This document shows, one piece after another, positions 15,670 to 24,890 of a stretch of DNA of 39,890 nt. The stretch comes from Candidatus Sumerlaeota bacterium (GTDB taxonomy: Bacteria; Sumerlaeota; Sumerlaeia; SLMS01), in assembly GCA_020850785.1 (NCBI GenBank), contig JADZDZ010000073.1, positions 1-39,890 on the forward strand, read 5' to 3'. A program made the position numbers and the translations under genes. The notes under the pieces were generated by a model. That model was given only the letters and a program-made list of their open reading frames with translations. It was not told the origin of the DNA and did no database searches. Each line of letters starts with the position of its first letter. Position 1 is the first letter of the stretch.

Positions 15670-16534
15670 TGTTCGCTGTCTGCTCCTTCATCGACTCCGC
15701 AAGGTTCTTTAGCTCCAGCACCTGCGTGATGATATCCAGATCGCGCGACTTGCTGCCGATCGTGTTCACCTCGCGCAAAATCTCCTGGTTCAGGAACTCC
15801 AGAGCGCGCCCCTTTCCCTCATCACTTTCGTCGGAAAGAATGTCGTTCAGGCGGGAGAGATGCGCGCGCAGTCGGATGATTTCCTCCTCAATGTCCGCCT
15901 TGTCCGCGAATAGCGCGACCTCCTGTTCCAAACGCCCCGCGTCCAGCGCGGCCCCCTTTGGTCCCAGCAATTCCGCAATGCGCTCCTGCAACTTGTCACG
16001 ATACTTCGCCGCCAGTCCCTGACGTCCGCGATCCACGATTCCAAGCGCCGCCGTCATGCGCTCGTGGATTCCCCGCAGCGCCGCGCGCAGTGCTTCGCCC
16101 TCCCGCCGACGATCCTTCTTCAGTCCCTCCATCGCCGCATGGAACGCCGTGGCGAACAACTTCTGCAGCGCCTCCGTTGCGGCGCTGTCCTGATGAGTCA
16201 CGATGATGCCCGGCACCGTCAGCAGGTGCGCGAGCGACGACGATTCATTCCTATCACGGCAGAATTTTTCAAGCATTCCCAGCAGCGGGCGATTGATGTC
16301 ATAGTGCTCCGCAGCGCCGGGAATCGCGTCGAATCGCGCGGTCAGCACAACCTGCCCGCGGTGAATGCGCTTTTGCAACTCCGCGCGGGCGGAGGGTTCC
16401 GCCGCGCTCAGTTCCGACGGGATTCGCGCGGACACGTCCAGAAAGCGATTGTTGACCGAGCGCAGCTCCACTGTCACCGCGCCCAGGGGCGATTCCGCCC
16501 GTCCTGATCCAAAACCTGTCATGCTGTTCATCAA
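15662..16534 (-). CDS. yicC: YicC-family stress-induced protein
   Basis: 290 aa. N-terminal SMTGFG, ..LNQEILREVNTIGSKS.., and a C-terminal ..ELKNLAESMKEQTANIE typical of YicC N/C domains. Confidence 0.85.
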   Translation of the reverse strand: MMNSMTGFGSGRAESPLGAVTVELRSVNNRFLDVSARIPSELSAAEPSARAELQKRIHRGQVVLTARFDAIPGAAEHYDINRPLLGMLEKFCRDRNESSSLAHLLTVPGIIVTHQDSAATEALQKLFATAFHAAMEGLKKDRRREGEALRAALRGIHERMTAALGIVDRGRQGLAAKYRDKLQERIAELLGPKGAALDAGRLEQEVALFADKADIEEEIIRLRAHLSRLNDILSDESDEGKGRALEFLNQEILREVNTIGSKSRDLDIITQVLELKNLAESMKEQTANIE

Positions 16535-16559
16535 GGGTTCACCTTCACCGTGGTCTCCG

Positions 16560-18047
16560 CTAGAATTCGTATAGATGTCTATACTTGTTGGTCAGGTGTC
16601 GGATCAGCGCGTCGCAGCTTACGGGCTGTCCCGTGACGCGCTCAATCAGGTCGGCGGCCTCGTGGCGGCGCCCCACCTTGTGGATGTTCGCGCGCAGCCA
16701 TTGCAGGACGGGAGCGAACTGCCCCTGCGCCACCAAATCCCACATTTGCGGCATATCCTTCTCCATCTTCTCCACCAGCATCGCGCAGTAGATGTTTCCC
16801 AAAGTGTAAGTCGGGAAATACCCAAAGGAACCGTAGGCCCAATGCACGTCCTGAAGGCATCCCTTCGAATCGTTTGGCACATCCAGCCCAAGGTACTTCT
16901 TGTACAAGTCATTCCACGCTGCGGGAATGTCGCTCACGGAAAGTTCTCCGCGGAAGATGCGAACCTCCAATTCAAAGCGGATGATCACATGCAGGTTGTA
17001 GCAGATTTCGTCCGCCTCCACGCGGATGAAATCGGGTTCGATGATGTTGATCGCGCGGTAAAACTCCTCCAGCGTCGCGTCGTCGAGTTGGCCGGGGAAA
17101 TACTGCCGCAGGATGGGATAGTAGTGTTTCCAGAACGCCTCGCTCTGGCTGATCCGCACTTCCCAGAAGCGTGATTGCGATTCATGCACGCCAAGGCTGG
17201 GCGCCTCCGCCAACGGTGTGCGCGCATCGGCGGGGTCAAAGCCCTGCTCATACATGGCGTGACCCGCTTCATGAACGGTGCCGAACAACCCATCGAGCAG
17301 TGACGTCTGGCTGTAGCGTGTTGTGATGCGAACGTCGCCATGGCCGAAGTTGGTGCAGAAGGGATGGGGCGCCAAGTCCTGCCGGCCCGCACCCATGTCG
17401 TAGCCGATGTCACGCGCGACGCGCAGCCCAAACTCCCGCGGACGGTCGATGTCCCACTTCTGATCCAGAAACTTTGTGTTCACCTGCGGGCGTGTCTGAA
17501 TCTGCTGAAGCAGTTTCACCGTCGCTTCGCGGAGCGGCTTGAAAATCTTCTCCACCTTGGCGGCCGTCAGCCCGCGCTCATAGTCCGTGGCAAGCGCATC
17601 CCATGGCGTCTCCTGATAGCCCCAGCATTCCGCCGCCTGCTTCTTCAGTTCGATCACGCGCGACAGATGGGGCGCGAAGATCGAAAAATCATTCAGCTTC
17701 CGCGCGCGCGCCCACGCCTCGAACGCCTTCGATTCCTCCAACGACATTTCCTTCACCAAGGTCGCCGGAAGCTTCATGCTGCGGTCGCGTGAGAAGGAAA
17801 GCTCCCGCAGGAAGGCCTCCCGGTCGCCCGACAATTTCTCGCTGCGCGCTTCGCTAATCAGGTCGCCCAGTTCCGGCGCCGTCATGCGCTCGTGGATGAT
17901 GCCGCTCAGCGTGGCCAGTTGCATGCCGCGCGCCGCCGCACCGCGTGGCGGCATGTACACCTGCTGGTCCCAACTCAGCAATGCGGACGCATTTCCAAGG
18001 TCTGAAATCTCGCCGTAGCGCGTCTGGATCTTTTCGAAGGCGTTCAT
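16560..18047 (-). CDS. Carboxypeptidase Taq-type metallopeptidase (M32)
   Basis: 495 aa. HEAGHAMYEQG (HExxH), HESQSRFWE and IRVEADE motifs characteristic of the M32 family. Confidence 0.9.
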   Translation of the reverse strand: MNAFEKIQTRYGEISDLGNASALLSWDQQVYMPPRGAAARGMQLATLSGIIHERMTAPELGDLISEARSEKLSGDREAFLRELSFSRDRSMKLPATLVKEMSLEESKAFEAWARARKLNDFSIFAPHLSRVIELKKQAAECWGYQETPWDALATDYERGLTAAKVEKIFKPLREATVKLLQQIQTRPQVNTKFLDQKWDIDRPREFGLRVARDIGYDMGAGRQDLAPHPFCTNFGHGDVRITTRYSQTSLLDGLFGTVHEAGHAMYEQGFDPADARTPLAEAPSLGVHESQSRFWEVRISQSEAFWKHYYPILRQYFPGQLDDATLEEFYRAINIIEPDFIRVEADEICYNLHVIIRFELEVRIFRGELSVSDIPAAWNDLYKKYLGLDVPNDSKGCLQDVHWAYGSFGYFPTYTLGNIYCAMLVEKMEKDMPQMWDLVAQGQFAPVLQWLRANIHKVGRRHEAADLIERVTGQPVSCDALIRHLTNKYRHLYEF

Positions 18048-18152
18048 GGGGGACTGTCACCGGTGCGGAAGTTGTGCCTACAATGGGCCTTCCCCGGTGC
18101 AGCGCAAACTGAAAGCGCTTGAGCCACGGCGCCCGGACGGGAAACTGCCGCG

Positions 18153-19340
18153 ATGCAAAAGACACAGCACCATTGGCAGTATATACAGGACGACGCGGCG
18201 CTGAAGGCCGCGTGTGAGGCGATGGCGGGCGCACCCCGCCTCGCGGTGGACACGGAATTCATCGGCGAAACATACTACTACGCAAGGCTTGAACTCCTGC
18301 AGATTTGCGACGGCCGGAACGTCTTCCTCATCGACGCTCCAATGATTCGCGATTTGAAGCCGATCGCGGCGCTCCTCGGCAATTCCTCAACGTTGAAGCT
18401 GTTTCATGCCTCCTCGCAGGACCTCGTGATTCTGGAACGCGCTCTTGGCATTGATTGCACGCCGCTGTTCGACACGCAAATCGCCGCGTCGCTGCTGGGC
18501 TACGGCGCGCAGATTTCCCTCGCGAATCTCGTTCGCGAAATCACGGGGATCGACGTGTCCTCGCGCCACACCACCAGCGACTGGTCCCATCGCCCGCTCA
18601 CAGAGGAGCAACTGGACTACGCGGCGAACGATGTGCTGCACCTGCACGCGATTCATGACAAGCTGGCGGGGGAACTTGCGGCGCGTGGGCGCACCCCGTG
18701 GATGGAGGGGGAGATGCGCGACTTCATCGCCCACGTTTTTTCCGCCGACGAAAAGGGGGACGATGAAATCCATCGGCGAGTGAAGGATTGGATGTCGCTG
18801 AGCGGCCGCGAGCTTGCGATCCTGCGCGAGCTTGCGATCTGGCGCGAGAACATGGCGCGCGAACAGAACCTCCCCCGCCGCAGCGTGGTCACTGATGAGG
18901 GCCTTGTTGAAATGGCGCGCTTCCAACCCGACACGAAGGAGAAGGCGCAGAAACTGCGCCGCGCGAACGCCGGCCAGATCATGCGCCATTTCGCGGCGTT
19001 GCGCGATGCGATCCAGCGCGGCCGCAACGTCCCAAAGGAAAATTGGCCGCGCAAACCGATCGCGCAGAAGACGGAGATTCCCGAAGGCCTCGTTGAGCTG
19101 GCGCTGGCGCTCCTGCGCACCGAAGCAAGACGGCAGGACGTTGCGCCGATGGTCCTCGCCACCACTTCCGAACTGGAGCAGGTCGTCATCCGCCACAGGG
19201 AACCCAACGCGGAGGAACTTCCGCTGCTCCACGGGTGGCGTCGTGACATCGTGGGGCGGAAGATTTTTGATTTGCTTGATGGCAGGATCGCGCTGTACCT
19301 TGACGCCGATGGTGAATTGCGCACCCACGAATTGAAGTAA
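18153..19340 (+). CDS. rnd: Ribonuclease D (DEDDy 3'-5' exonuclease plus HRDC domains)
   Basis: 395 aa. Exo motifs LAVDTEF, LFHASSQDL and YAANDVLHL, followed by HRDC-like helical repeats. Confidence 0.88.
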   Translation: MQKTQHHWQYIQDDAALKAACEAMAGAPRLAVDTEFIGETYYYARLELLQICDGRNVFLIDAPMIRDLKPIAALLGNSSTLKLFHASSQDLVILERALGIDCTPLFDTQIAASLLGYGAQISLANLVREITGIDVSSRHTTSDWSHRPLTEEQLDYAANDVLHLHAIHDKLAGELAARGRTPWMEGEMRDFIAHVFSADEKGDDEIHRRVKDWMSLSGRELAILRELAIWRENMAREQNLPRRSVVTDEGLVEMARFQPDTKEKAQKLRRANAGQIMRHFAALRDAIQRGRNVPKENWPRKPIAQKTEIPEGLVELALALLRTEARRQDVAPMVLATTSELEQVVIRHREPNAEELPLLHGWRRDIVGRKIFDLLDGRIALYLDADGELRTHELK

Positions 19341-19341
19341 C

Positions 19342-19950
19342 TTGCCGAAACAATCAAGGCAGCAGGCGGAGTTCGAGAAGCTTCTGAAGGAGGTCCGCGC
19401 TTGTCGCGTGTGCGAAGCACACCTGCCGCTCGGCCCGCGCCCAACGCTTCGCGCGAAGCCCTCCGCCCGTGTTCTGATCGTCGGTCAGGCACCCGGCACG
19501 AAGGTTCACAAGACCGGCATCCCGTGGAATGATCCTTCCGGTGATCGGTTGCGCGAATGGTTGGGCGTCTCGCGCGAGGAATTCTATGACGAAAGAAAAA
19601 TCGCGATCATCCCCATGGGCTTTTGCTATCCGGGAAGAGGAAAGAGCGGCGACAATCCGCCGCGCAAGGAGTGCGCGCCGCTGTGGTTTGATCGCCTGCT
19701 TGCGGGACTCCCCAACATCAGGCTCGTGATCCTGATTGGCCAGTATGCCCAGGCGTGGCACCTGAAGGAGCGGAGGAAAGCCACGCTGACGGAAACGGTG
19801 CGCGCGTGGAAGGAGTACGCTCCGCGCTACTTTCCCCTTCCGCATCCTTCACCGCGAAACGGTTTCTGGTTCCGAAGGCACGCATGGTTTGGGGAGGAAG
19901 TGATCCCCGAATTGCGCCGTCGTTTTCACGAGGCCCTGAAGGCGCGCTGA
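19342..19950 (+). CDS. Uracil-DNA glycosylase superfamily protein
   Basis: 202 aa. VLIVGQAPG..IPWNDPSGDRL and PLPHPSPRN motifs (UDG-fold motifs A/B). TTG start 1 nt after the rnd stop. Subfamily not assignable by eye. Confidence 0.7.
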   Translation: MPKQSRQQAEFEKLLKEVRACRVCEAHLPLGPRPTLRAKPSARVLIVGQAPGTKVHKTGIPWNDPSGDRLREWLGVSREEFYDERKIAIIPMGFCYPGRGKSGDNPPRKECAPLWFDRLLAGLPNIRLVILIGQYAQAWHLKERRKATLTETVRAWKEYAPRYFPLPHPSPRNGFWFRRHAWFGEEVIPELRRRFHEALKAR

Positions 19951-19976
19951 TGAACTCCGCGGGAATCCATCAGCCG

Positions 19977-21527
19977 TCAACTCTCCTCCACCCTCACACC
20001 CATGCTTCGCAGCGTGTCAAACCATCCGGGGAAGCTCTTGCTGACGTGCTCCGCACCGTGGATGCGCAGCCCCAATTGGCAGCGAAGCGCCACAATGCTC
20101 AGCAGCATGATGACGCGATGATCGCCGCGGCCATCCACATCGAGTCCCCCGCGAAAGCCCTGCGGCGCGCCCCACACATGAATCGTGTCGGGATCGTCGG
20201 TCGGTTCGTAGTAGAGCGCCTTTTCAACGGGCCGTGGTTTTTCGTCGTCGGCTGAAAGCAATGTTTCGCGCACCTTGCGCAGTTCATCAATCGGTTCGCG
20301 AACGCGGTCGCATTCCTTGAACTGGAGGTTGCGAATCTGCACGAAGCGCGATTCCCCCTCCGCCACCATGGCCGCGCCCATCATCGCCAGCACCGCATCG
20401 GTGCACAGGTCGCCATTCACCGATGCGCCTTTCAGCGCCGCCGGTGATTCGATGCGCAGTGACGGACCAGCCGTGCCGGCGCCTTCAAGTTCCGTGATGG
20501 TGCAGCCCATGCGGCGATAGAACGGGACGCATTCCTTCTCCCCCTGTTCGTCCTGATACAATCGCGACACGGTGATTGCGCTGCCGGGCACGGCGGCCAC
20601 AGCGCCAAGAATCGCCGAGGAACCGGGCCAATCGCCGTTCGTCTGCCAATCAACCGCGCGAAAAACCTGCCCGCGATTGATGGAATGTTCGTCGCGATCA
20701 TTGGAAGAACCGACCGACACCCCCGCGTTTTGCAGCACGAACCGTGTTGTTTCAATCAGCGGCAGTGACTTCAAGTTCCCCGTCACCTGAATGCGCAAAT
20801 TTTCGTCAAGCAGCGGCGCCAGAAACAACAGCGCGCTCGTGAACTGGCTGCTGACGCCACCATGAACGGTGATCGTGAAGGGATCATCCGCGCCAAGCCC
20901 CTGCTCCTTGCGCTTCGCGGCGATGTGGGCCTTGATGCGATCCCGCCCGCCTTTCAGCGTGATCGGCAGCAGACCTTCCCCGCCGCGATATTCCACCTCC
21001 ACGCCGAGCTGCTTGAGCGCCTCAATGAGGTCGATGTTGGGGCGCTTGCCCAGAGAGTCGTGATGATCCGTTACCCACGTCACCTGCGGCAGCAGCGCGC
21101 TGACCGCCAGCAACATGCGGAACACCGCACCGGCGTTTCCCGGATTGAGCGGCTGCGCCGGGTTCACCAACCTTGGACGCGAACCAAAGCCATGAATTTC
21201 GAGGCGGTTTATCCGCGCCGCATTTTCAACCGTGTAATCAATCGTTTCGCCCGTGGCGGTCTTCGCCTCAATGCTGGCGCCCATCCCCCGGCAACAACGC
21301 ACAAGCGCCACCGCATCATCCTGCACCGCAGGGCGATGAACAACGCTGCGTCCCTCCGCCAAGCAGCTTACCAGCACATAACGCGTGGTGTAATTCTTGG
21401 ACGATGGCGGATCGATGGTGCCGCGAAGCGGTTGGGCGGGTGGAAAGACGTGCGCTATCATTTGCGGAGGGTTGGCTCGGTTGAGATCACGGGCCACAGC
21501 AGACGTCCCCTCCGATGCCGGGGTCAA
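19977..21527 (-). CDS. aroA: 3-phosphoshikimate 1-carboxyvinyltransferase (EPSP synthase), long divergent form
   Basis: 516 aa. N-terminal PPSSKNYTTR corresponds to PGSKSxSNR with the Lys and Arg conserved; C-terminal ..GDHRVIMLLSIVAL... The track's start is TTG 21527; ATG 21461 (MIAHVFPPAQPLRG..) is an equally plausible start. Confidence 0.85.
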   Translation of the reverse strand: MTPASEGTSAVARDLNRANPPQMIAHVFPPAQPLRGTIDPPSSKNYTTRYVLVSCLAEGRSVVHRPAVQDDAVALVRCCRGMGASIEAKTATGETIDYTVENAARINRLEIHGFGSRPRLVNPAQPLNPGNAGAVFRMLLAVSALLPQVTWVTDHHDSLGKRPNIDLIEALKQLGVEVEYRGGEGLLPITLKGGRDRIKAHIAAKRKEQGLGADDPFTITVHGGVSSQFTSALLFLAPLLDENLRIQVTGNLKSLPLIETTRFVLQNAGVSVGSSNDRDEHSINRGQVFRAVDWQTNGDWPGSSAILGAVAAVPGSAITVSRLYQDEQGEKECVPFYRRMGCTITELEGAGTAGPSLRIESPAALKGASVNGDLCTDAVLAMMGAAMVAEGESRFVQIRNLQFKECDRVREPIDELRKVRETLLSADDEKPRPVEKALYYEPTDDPDTIHVWGAPQGFRGGLDVDGRGDHRVIMLLSIVALRCQLGLRIHGAEHVSKSFPGWFDTLRSMGVRVEES

Positions 21528-21630
21528 TGGCCCCGGTTAACCTTTGACCACCACGGCAGCGCTCCCTTTGATGTCCAATCGTGAATTCGCCGGGTGATTT
21601 CCACGCGGCAAAACTTCCGGGAAGCATTGC

Positions 21631-22803
21631 GTGGCACTGCAAGCCTATCAGTCGCTCCAGCCCATCCCCATCGCGCTGCGCCTGCCGCCGCGCCCGCGCA
21701 TCCTCGTGGTTGCGAACGCGCTGAAGGAAACGCTGGGCGTGAAGCTCGCCCGCAGGAGCCTTCAGCTGGGAACCGAAGTCGGTGGTGGCAGCGTATCCCA
21801 GGGGCTTTGCGTCACCGATGGGGGCGACGGATTTCTGGAGGCTTTCGGCGACATCCATCCGGGGCGCCGCATCCGCTTCCTTTGCGCTGATCCCCTCGGC
21901 CAGCCGGTGCTGGCGGAATTCATCCATCATCAATCGTCGCTGACAGCCATTATCGAAATGGCCCGTTGCTGCGGCCTGCATCTTGTTCCGCAGGAACGAC
22001 GCGACATCATGCGCGCCAGTTCCGCCGGCCTTGGCGAGGTCATCTTCCACGCGCTTGTGCTTGGCGCGCGCGAACTGCACATCGGCATCGGCGGTTCCGC
22101 CACCTGCGACGGTGGGATCGGCATGATGATGCGCTTGCAGCAACTTGTCTTCGGGCAGCGCCGCGACCGCGACCACGTGGCCGCCGACCTGTCGCGTCCG
22201 CCACAGTTGATGCTGGGGCGGTTGATCGAGCGCCTGCGCGGCCTGAACATTGTTGTCTACTCGGACGTCTCCAACCCGCTGTTGGGCGACGCGGGGACGG
22301 CAAAAACCTTCGCGCGACAGAAGGGCGCGAGCGATGCGGACATCATCCAACTTGAGCAGGGGATGACGATCTGGGCGGACGAAATCGAGCGCCAGACAGG
22401 CACGCGGCTGAGGGAGCTTCCCGGTGCGGGAGCGGCGGGCGGTGTTGGCTTCGCGCTGGCCGCGCTTGGTGCGCGTTTGAAGGACGGCGCGGAGGAATTT
22501 TGCCGCATCCTTCGTCTGAACGAACATCTGGCATCGTGTGATGGCATCATCACCTGCGAAGGGAAGTTTGACGAGACCAGCTTCCGCGGCAAGGCGCCCT
22601 ACCACGTGGCAAAGGCCGCTGTTGCTGCGGGTCGCCGCGCGATGATCGCCTGCGCGCTTGCCGATGCGGAGTCCGTGCAGCGTGCCCTCGACGAAGGCAT
22701 CCGCGTTGTCACCTTCGCGGACGAGAATGCACGGGCACGCACATCCGACGCCTTCGTTGGCCTTCATCAGGCCGCCACCGCCTACGTGCGCAATCAAGCC
22801 TGA
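21631..22803 (+). CDS. Glycerate kinase
   Basis: 390 aa. DGGDGFLEAF, GGSATCDGGIGM, LPGAGAAGGVGFAL and ITCEGKFDETSFRGKAPYHVAK motifs. GTG start; the exact start is uncertain. Confidence 0.85.
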   Translation: MALQAYQSLQPIPIALRLPPRPRILVVANALKETLGVKLARRSLQLGTEVGGGSVSQGLCVTDGGDGFLEAFGDIHPGRRIRFLCADPLGQPVLAEFIHHQSSLTAIIEMARCCGLHLVPQERRDIMRASSAGLGEVIFHALVLGARELHIGIGGSATCDGGIGMMMRLQQLVFGQRRDRDHVAADLSRPPQLMLGRLIERLRGLNIVVYSDVSNPLLGDAGTAKTFARQKGASDADIIQLEQGMTIWADEIERQTGTRLRELPGAGAAGGVGFALAALGARLKDGAEEFCRILRLNEHLASCDGIITCEGKFDETSFRGKAPYHVAKAAVAAGRRAMIACALADAESVQRALDEGIRVVTFADENARARTSDAFVGLHQAATAYVRNQA

Positions 22804-22822
22804 CGCCGGGCTCCCGGTTTCG

Positions 22823-24889
22823 CTATTTCCCCTGAAGAAAATCCTCGTCGAAAAACATTTCCTTGTGCGGTGGACCGGAGGAGCCGGGAAGCATTTTCAC
22901 GTCAAGACCGCCGATAATGTTTTCCTTCGCGACGCGGAACAACAATCCTCCCCCGCTGATCTGCGCATCACCCTCCGTCACGGACTTCTCCGACCAGTTG
23001 GCGATGATCTCCACGCCGCCATCGTACACCAACCGCGTCACACCCGTGGTCGCGCGTTCATCGTCGAAGCGAATGATCCGCTGCCCGAACGCCGCGCCGC
23101 GCACCACGCGCTGGATTTCCGCCACGCGATTCAATTGCTCCACGTTGCCGAGAATCAGGTCATACGACATTTCATAACCCAGCGCGAGGTTGTGAATCAG
23201 CGTTCTCCGGTCATGCACCATCGCCTCCGGTGCAAGGTTGTGCGCGTAGAAGGCCACCTGCGCGCCCGCCATCACCTGCGCCAGCGGATACGGACGCCAA
23301 CAATCATCCGGCAGCTTCGGCTGCTCCCAATCGAGCAGCATGTTTCCGCACATTCCCGCCGCGCTTTCCGCAATTCGATCCCAGCCACCTTCCACATAAA
23401 GCGGAAGATGCGCCGCCGCCACCGTGGCGTTTTCCGCCAAGCGATGATTGTATGCGAAGGGATGCTGCTCACTCGCATTCCCGTCATACATCCAGCCGCG
23501 CGCGCCCACCTGATCCTCAAACAACAAATCGGAGGGCACCCGCGTCCGGAAATCCTCATAGGTCTCCAGCAATCTTTTCTTCACGAGGTGATGCGACGGA
23601 CTGACAACAACACCCGATCGCTCGCCGTATTTTTCACGTCGCAGCGAGCCGTGCTCGTCCCGCGCGATCACGTCCTCTCCCAGCGCCTGCATCGTTTCGC
23701 TGTCCTCCTGCCACCACGTTGGATTCGTGTATGGCATCACCATGTGGCCGTGCGCGCGCGCATCCCGTGCGAAGGCCGCAAGGTCCTCCGTCGTGCCGAA
23801 CTTCGCTTCGGGCGGCAGGTAGTCGGGATAGTGCGAATCATGGCCGCCGCGCATGTATGCCGCCAAATGCAGGATCGCGGGATGCGGAACCTGCGCCAGG
23901 AGGCTTCTCTGTTTCAGCGTGCTCGCGTCGTCGCGCCAAAGCGGATACTTCACCAGCACGCTGCGTGACACCGCGTCAGCCTTTCCCTTCAGCTTGTCCC
24001 GCAGCGTGGGAAATTTCCGCGACGCGCCCTCGCGCCAGTGCTGCTGCGCCGATTCGACGACCGTCTTTCCAACGTACCAGACGACGTCCTCGGAAACAAA
24101 ACTTTCCGCAGAGGCACCCTTCTCAAGACGAAGTTCATTTCGATAGTGGGTGATCGGAGTCCGCGAACGATTACTTCCTCCACCGTTTGCAATCACCATC
24201 GTCGTGCGTCGATCCATCGGCGGATGATCGCGCAGCGGCGTGAAGATCGCCAAGGTGTCATCTTTCGTCTCAAACCAGACGAAATTCGTGAAGAGTGATG
24301 GGTAATCGCCAACGTACTGTCGCGGCCTATCGAAGAACTTCTCCGTCAGCACAATGCCGTTGCGATGGGGGACCACGGCCTGCCGCAGCGCATCGCTGTC
24401 GAAGGCCACATGGGCAGGAAACCGCACGGTGCCGAGGGGCGCGTCCTCCCGTGGGATGTAGGCGAAACGGGACACAACGCGCGGCGCATCATCGTCGAAC
24501 GACAACGTCACCATCACATTGAAGTCCGGCCCATCATCCGTCCAGGAGTAGGATAGCACCAGCTCATCGGCCGCGTCGCGACGCCGCGTGGTGTAGGCGA
24601 ATTTCCGCTTTTCGTTGGTGCTGGAAAAATTCCACGATTCGATCGTGCGGCCATCGACGAGATCGATGCTCCAGAGCGCCGTCTCGCGATGAACGCTCAG
24701 CATCGACCCGCGCGCGGCGCTCAGCGCGCGAAGGCTGCCGTTTCCCGCATTGAACCGCGCGGTGCAGCCCCGTTGCGTCGTGACGAAGATCGAGCCGTCC
24801 TTCGCGAGGATTTCCGCGCCGCAGGATGCCGCCGCCAGCAGGCACGCCAGCAGCGCAACGACGTGTCGCAGCGTCCCGCGCGAAGTCAC
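22823..24889 (-). CDS. Secreted/lipoprotein-like protein of unknown function (possibly glycoside-hydrolase-like)
   Basis: 688 aa. Signal peptide with Cys (VVALLACLLAAASCGAE). It starts 1 nt after the pepF stop. The central region (..HLAAYMRGGHDSHYPDYLPP.., ..VMPYTNPTWW.., ..LLFEDQVGARGW..) resembles TIM-barrel glycosidase-like DUFs; that resemblance is judged by eye only. Confidence 0.6.
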   Translation of the reverse strand: MTSRGTLRHVVALLACLLAAASCGAEILAKDGSIFVTTQRGCTARFNAGNGSLRALSAARGSMLSVHRETALWSIDLVDGRTIESWNFSSTNEKRKFAYTTRRRDAADELVLSYSWTDDGPDFNVMVTLSFDDDAPRVVSRFAYIPREDAPLGTVRFPAHVAFDSDALRQAVVPHRNGIVLTEKFFDRPRQYVGDYPSLFTNFVWFETKDDTLAIFTPLRDHPPMDRRTTMVIANGGGSNRSRTPITHYRNELRLEKGASAESFVSEDVVWYVGKTVVESAQQHWREGASRKFPTLRDKLKGKADAVSRSVLVKYPLWRDDASTLKQRSLLAQVPHPAILHLAAYMRGGHDSHYPDYLPPEAKFGTTEDLAAFARDARAHGHMVMPYTNPTWWQEDSETMQALGEDVIARDEHGSLRREKYGERSGVVVSPSHHLVKKRLLETYEDFRTRVPSDLLFEDQVGARGWMYDGNASEQHPFAYNHRLAENATVAAAHLPLYVEGGWDRIAESAAGMCGNMLLDWEQPKLPDDCWRPYPLAQVMAGAQVAFYAHNLAPEAMVHDRRTLIHNLALGYEMSYDLILGNVEQLNRVAEIQRVVRGAAFGQRIIRFDDERATTGVTRLVYDGGVEIIANWSEKSVTEGDAQISGGGLLFRVAKENIIGGLDVKMLPGSSGPPHKEMFFDEDFLQGK

Positions 24890-24890
24890 C

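Noticed and set aside
21487-22797. 436-aa minus-strand ORF
   Set aside because: It lies antisense to glycerate kinase and has shadow-ORF composition. The same applies to 22658..23968 and 24750..25556 (opposite the 688-aa protein and pepF), 30396..31364 (opposite the FAD oxidoreductase), 33813..34472, 35087..35899, 36366..37523 and 37226..38281 (opposite the glycan-operon genes).
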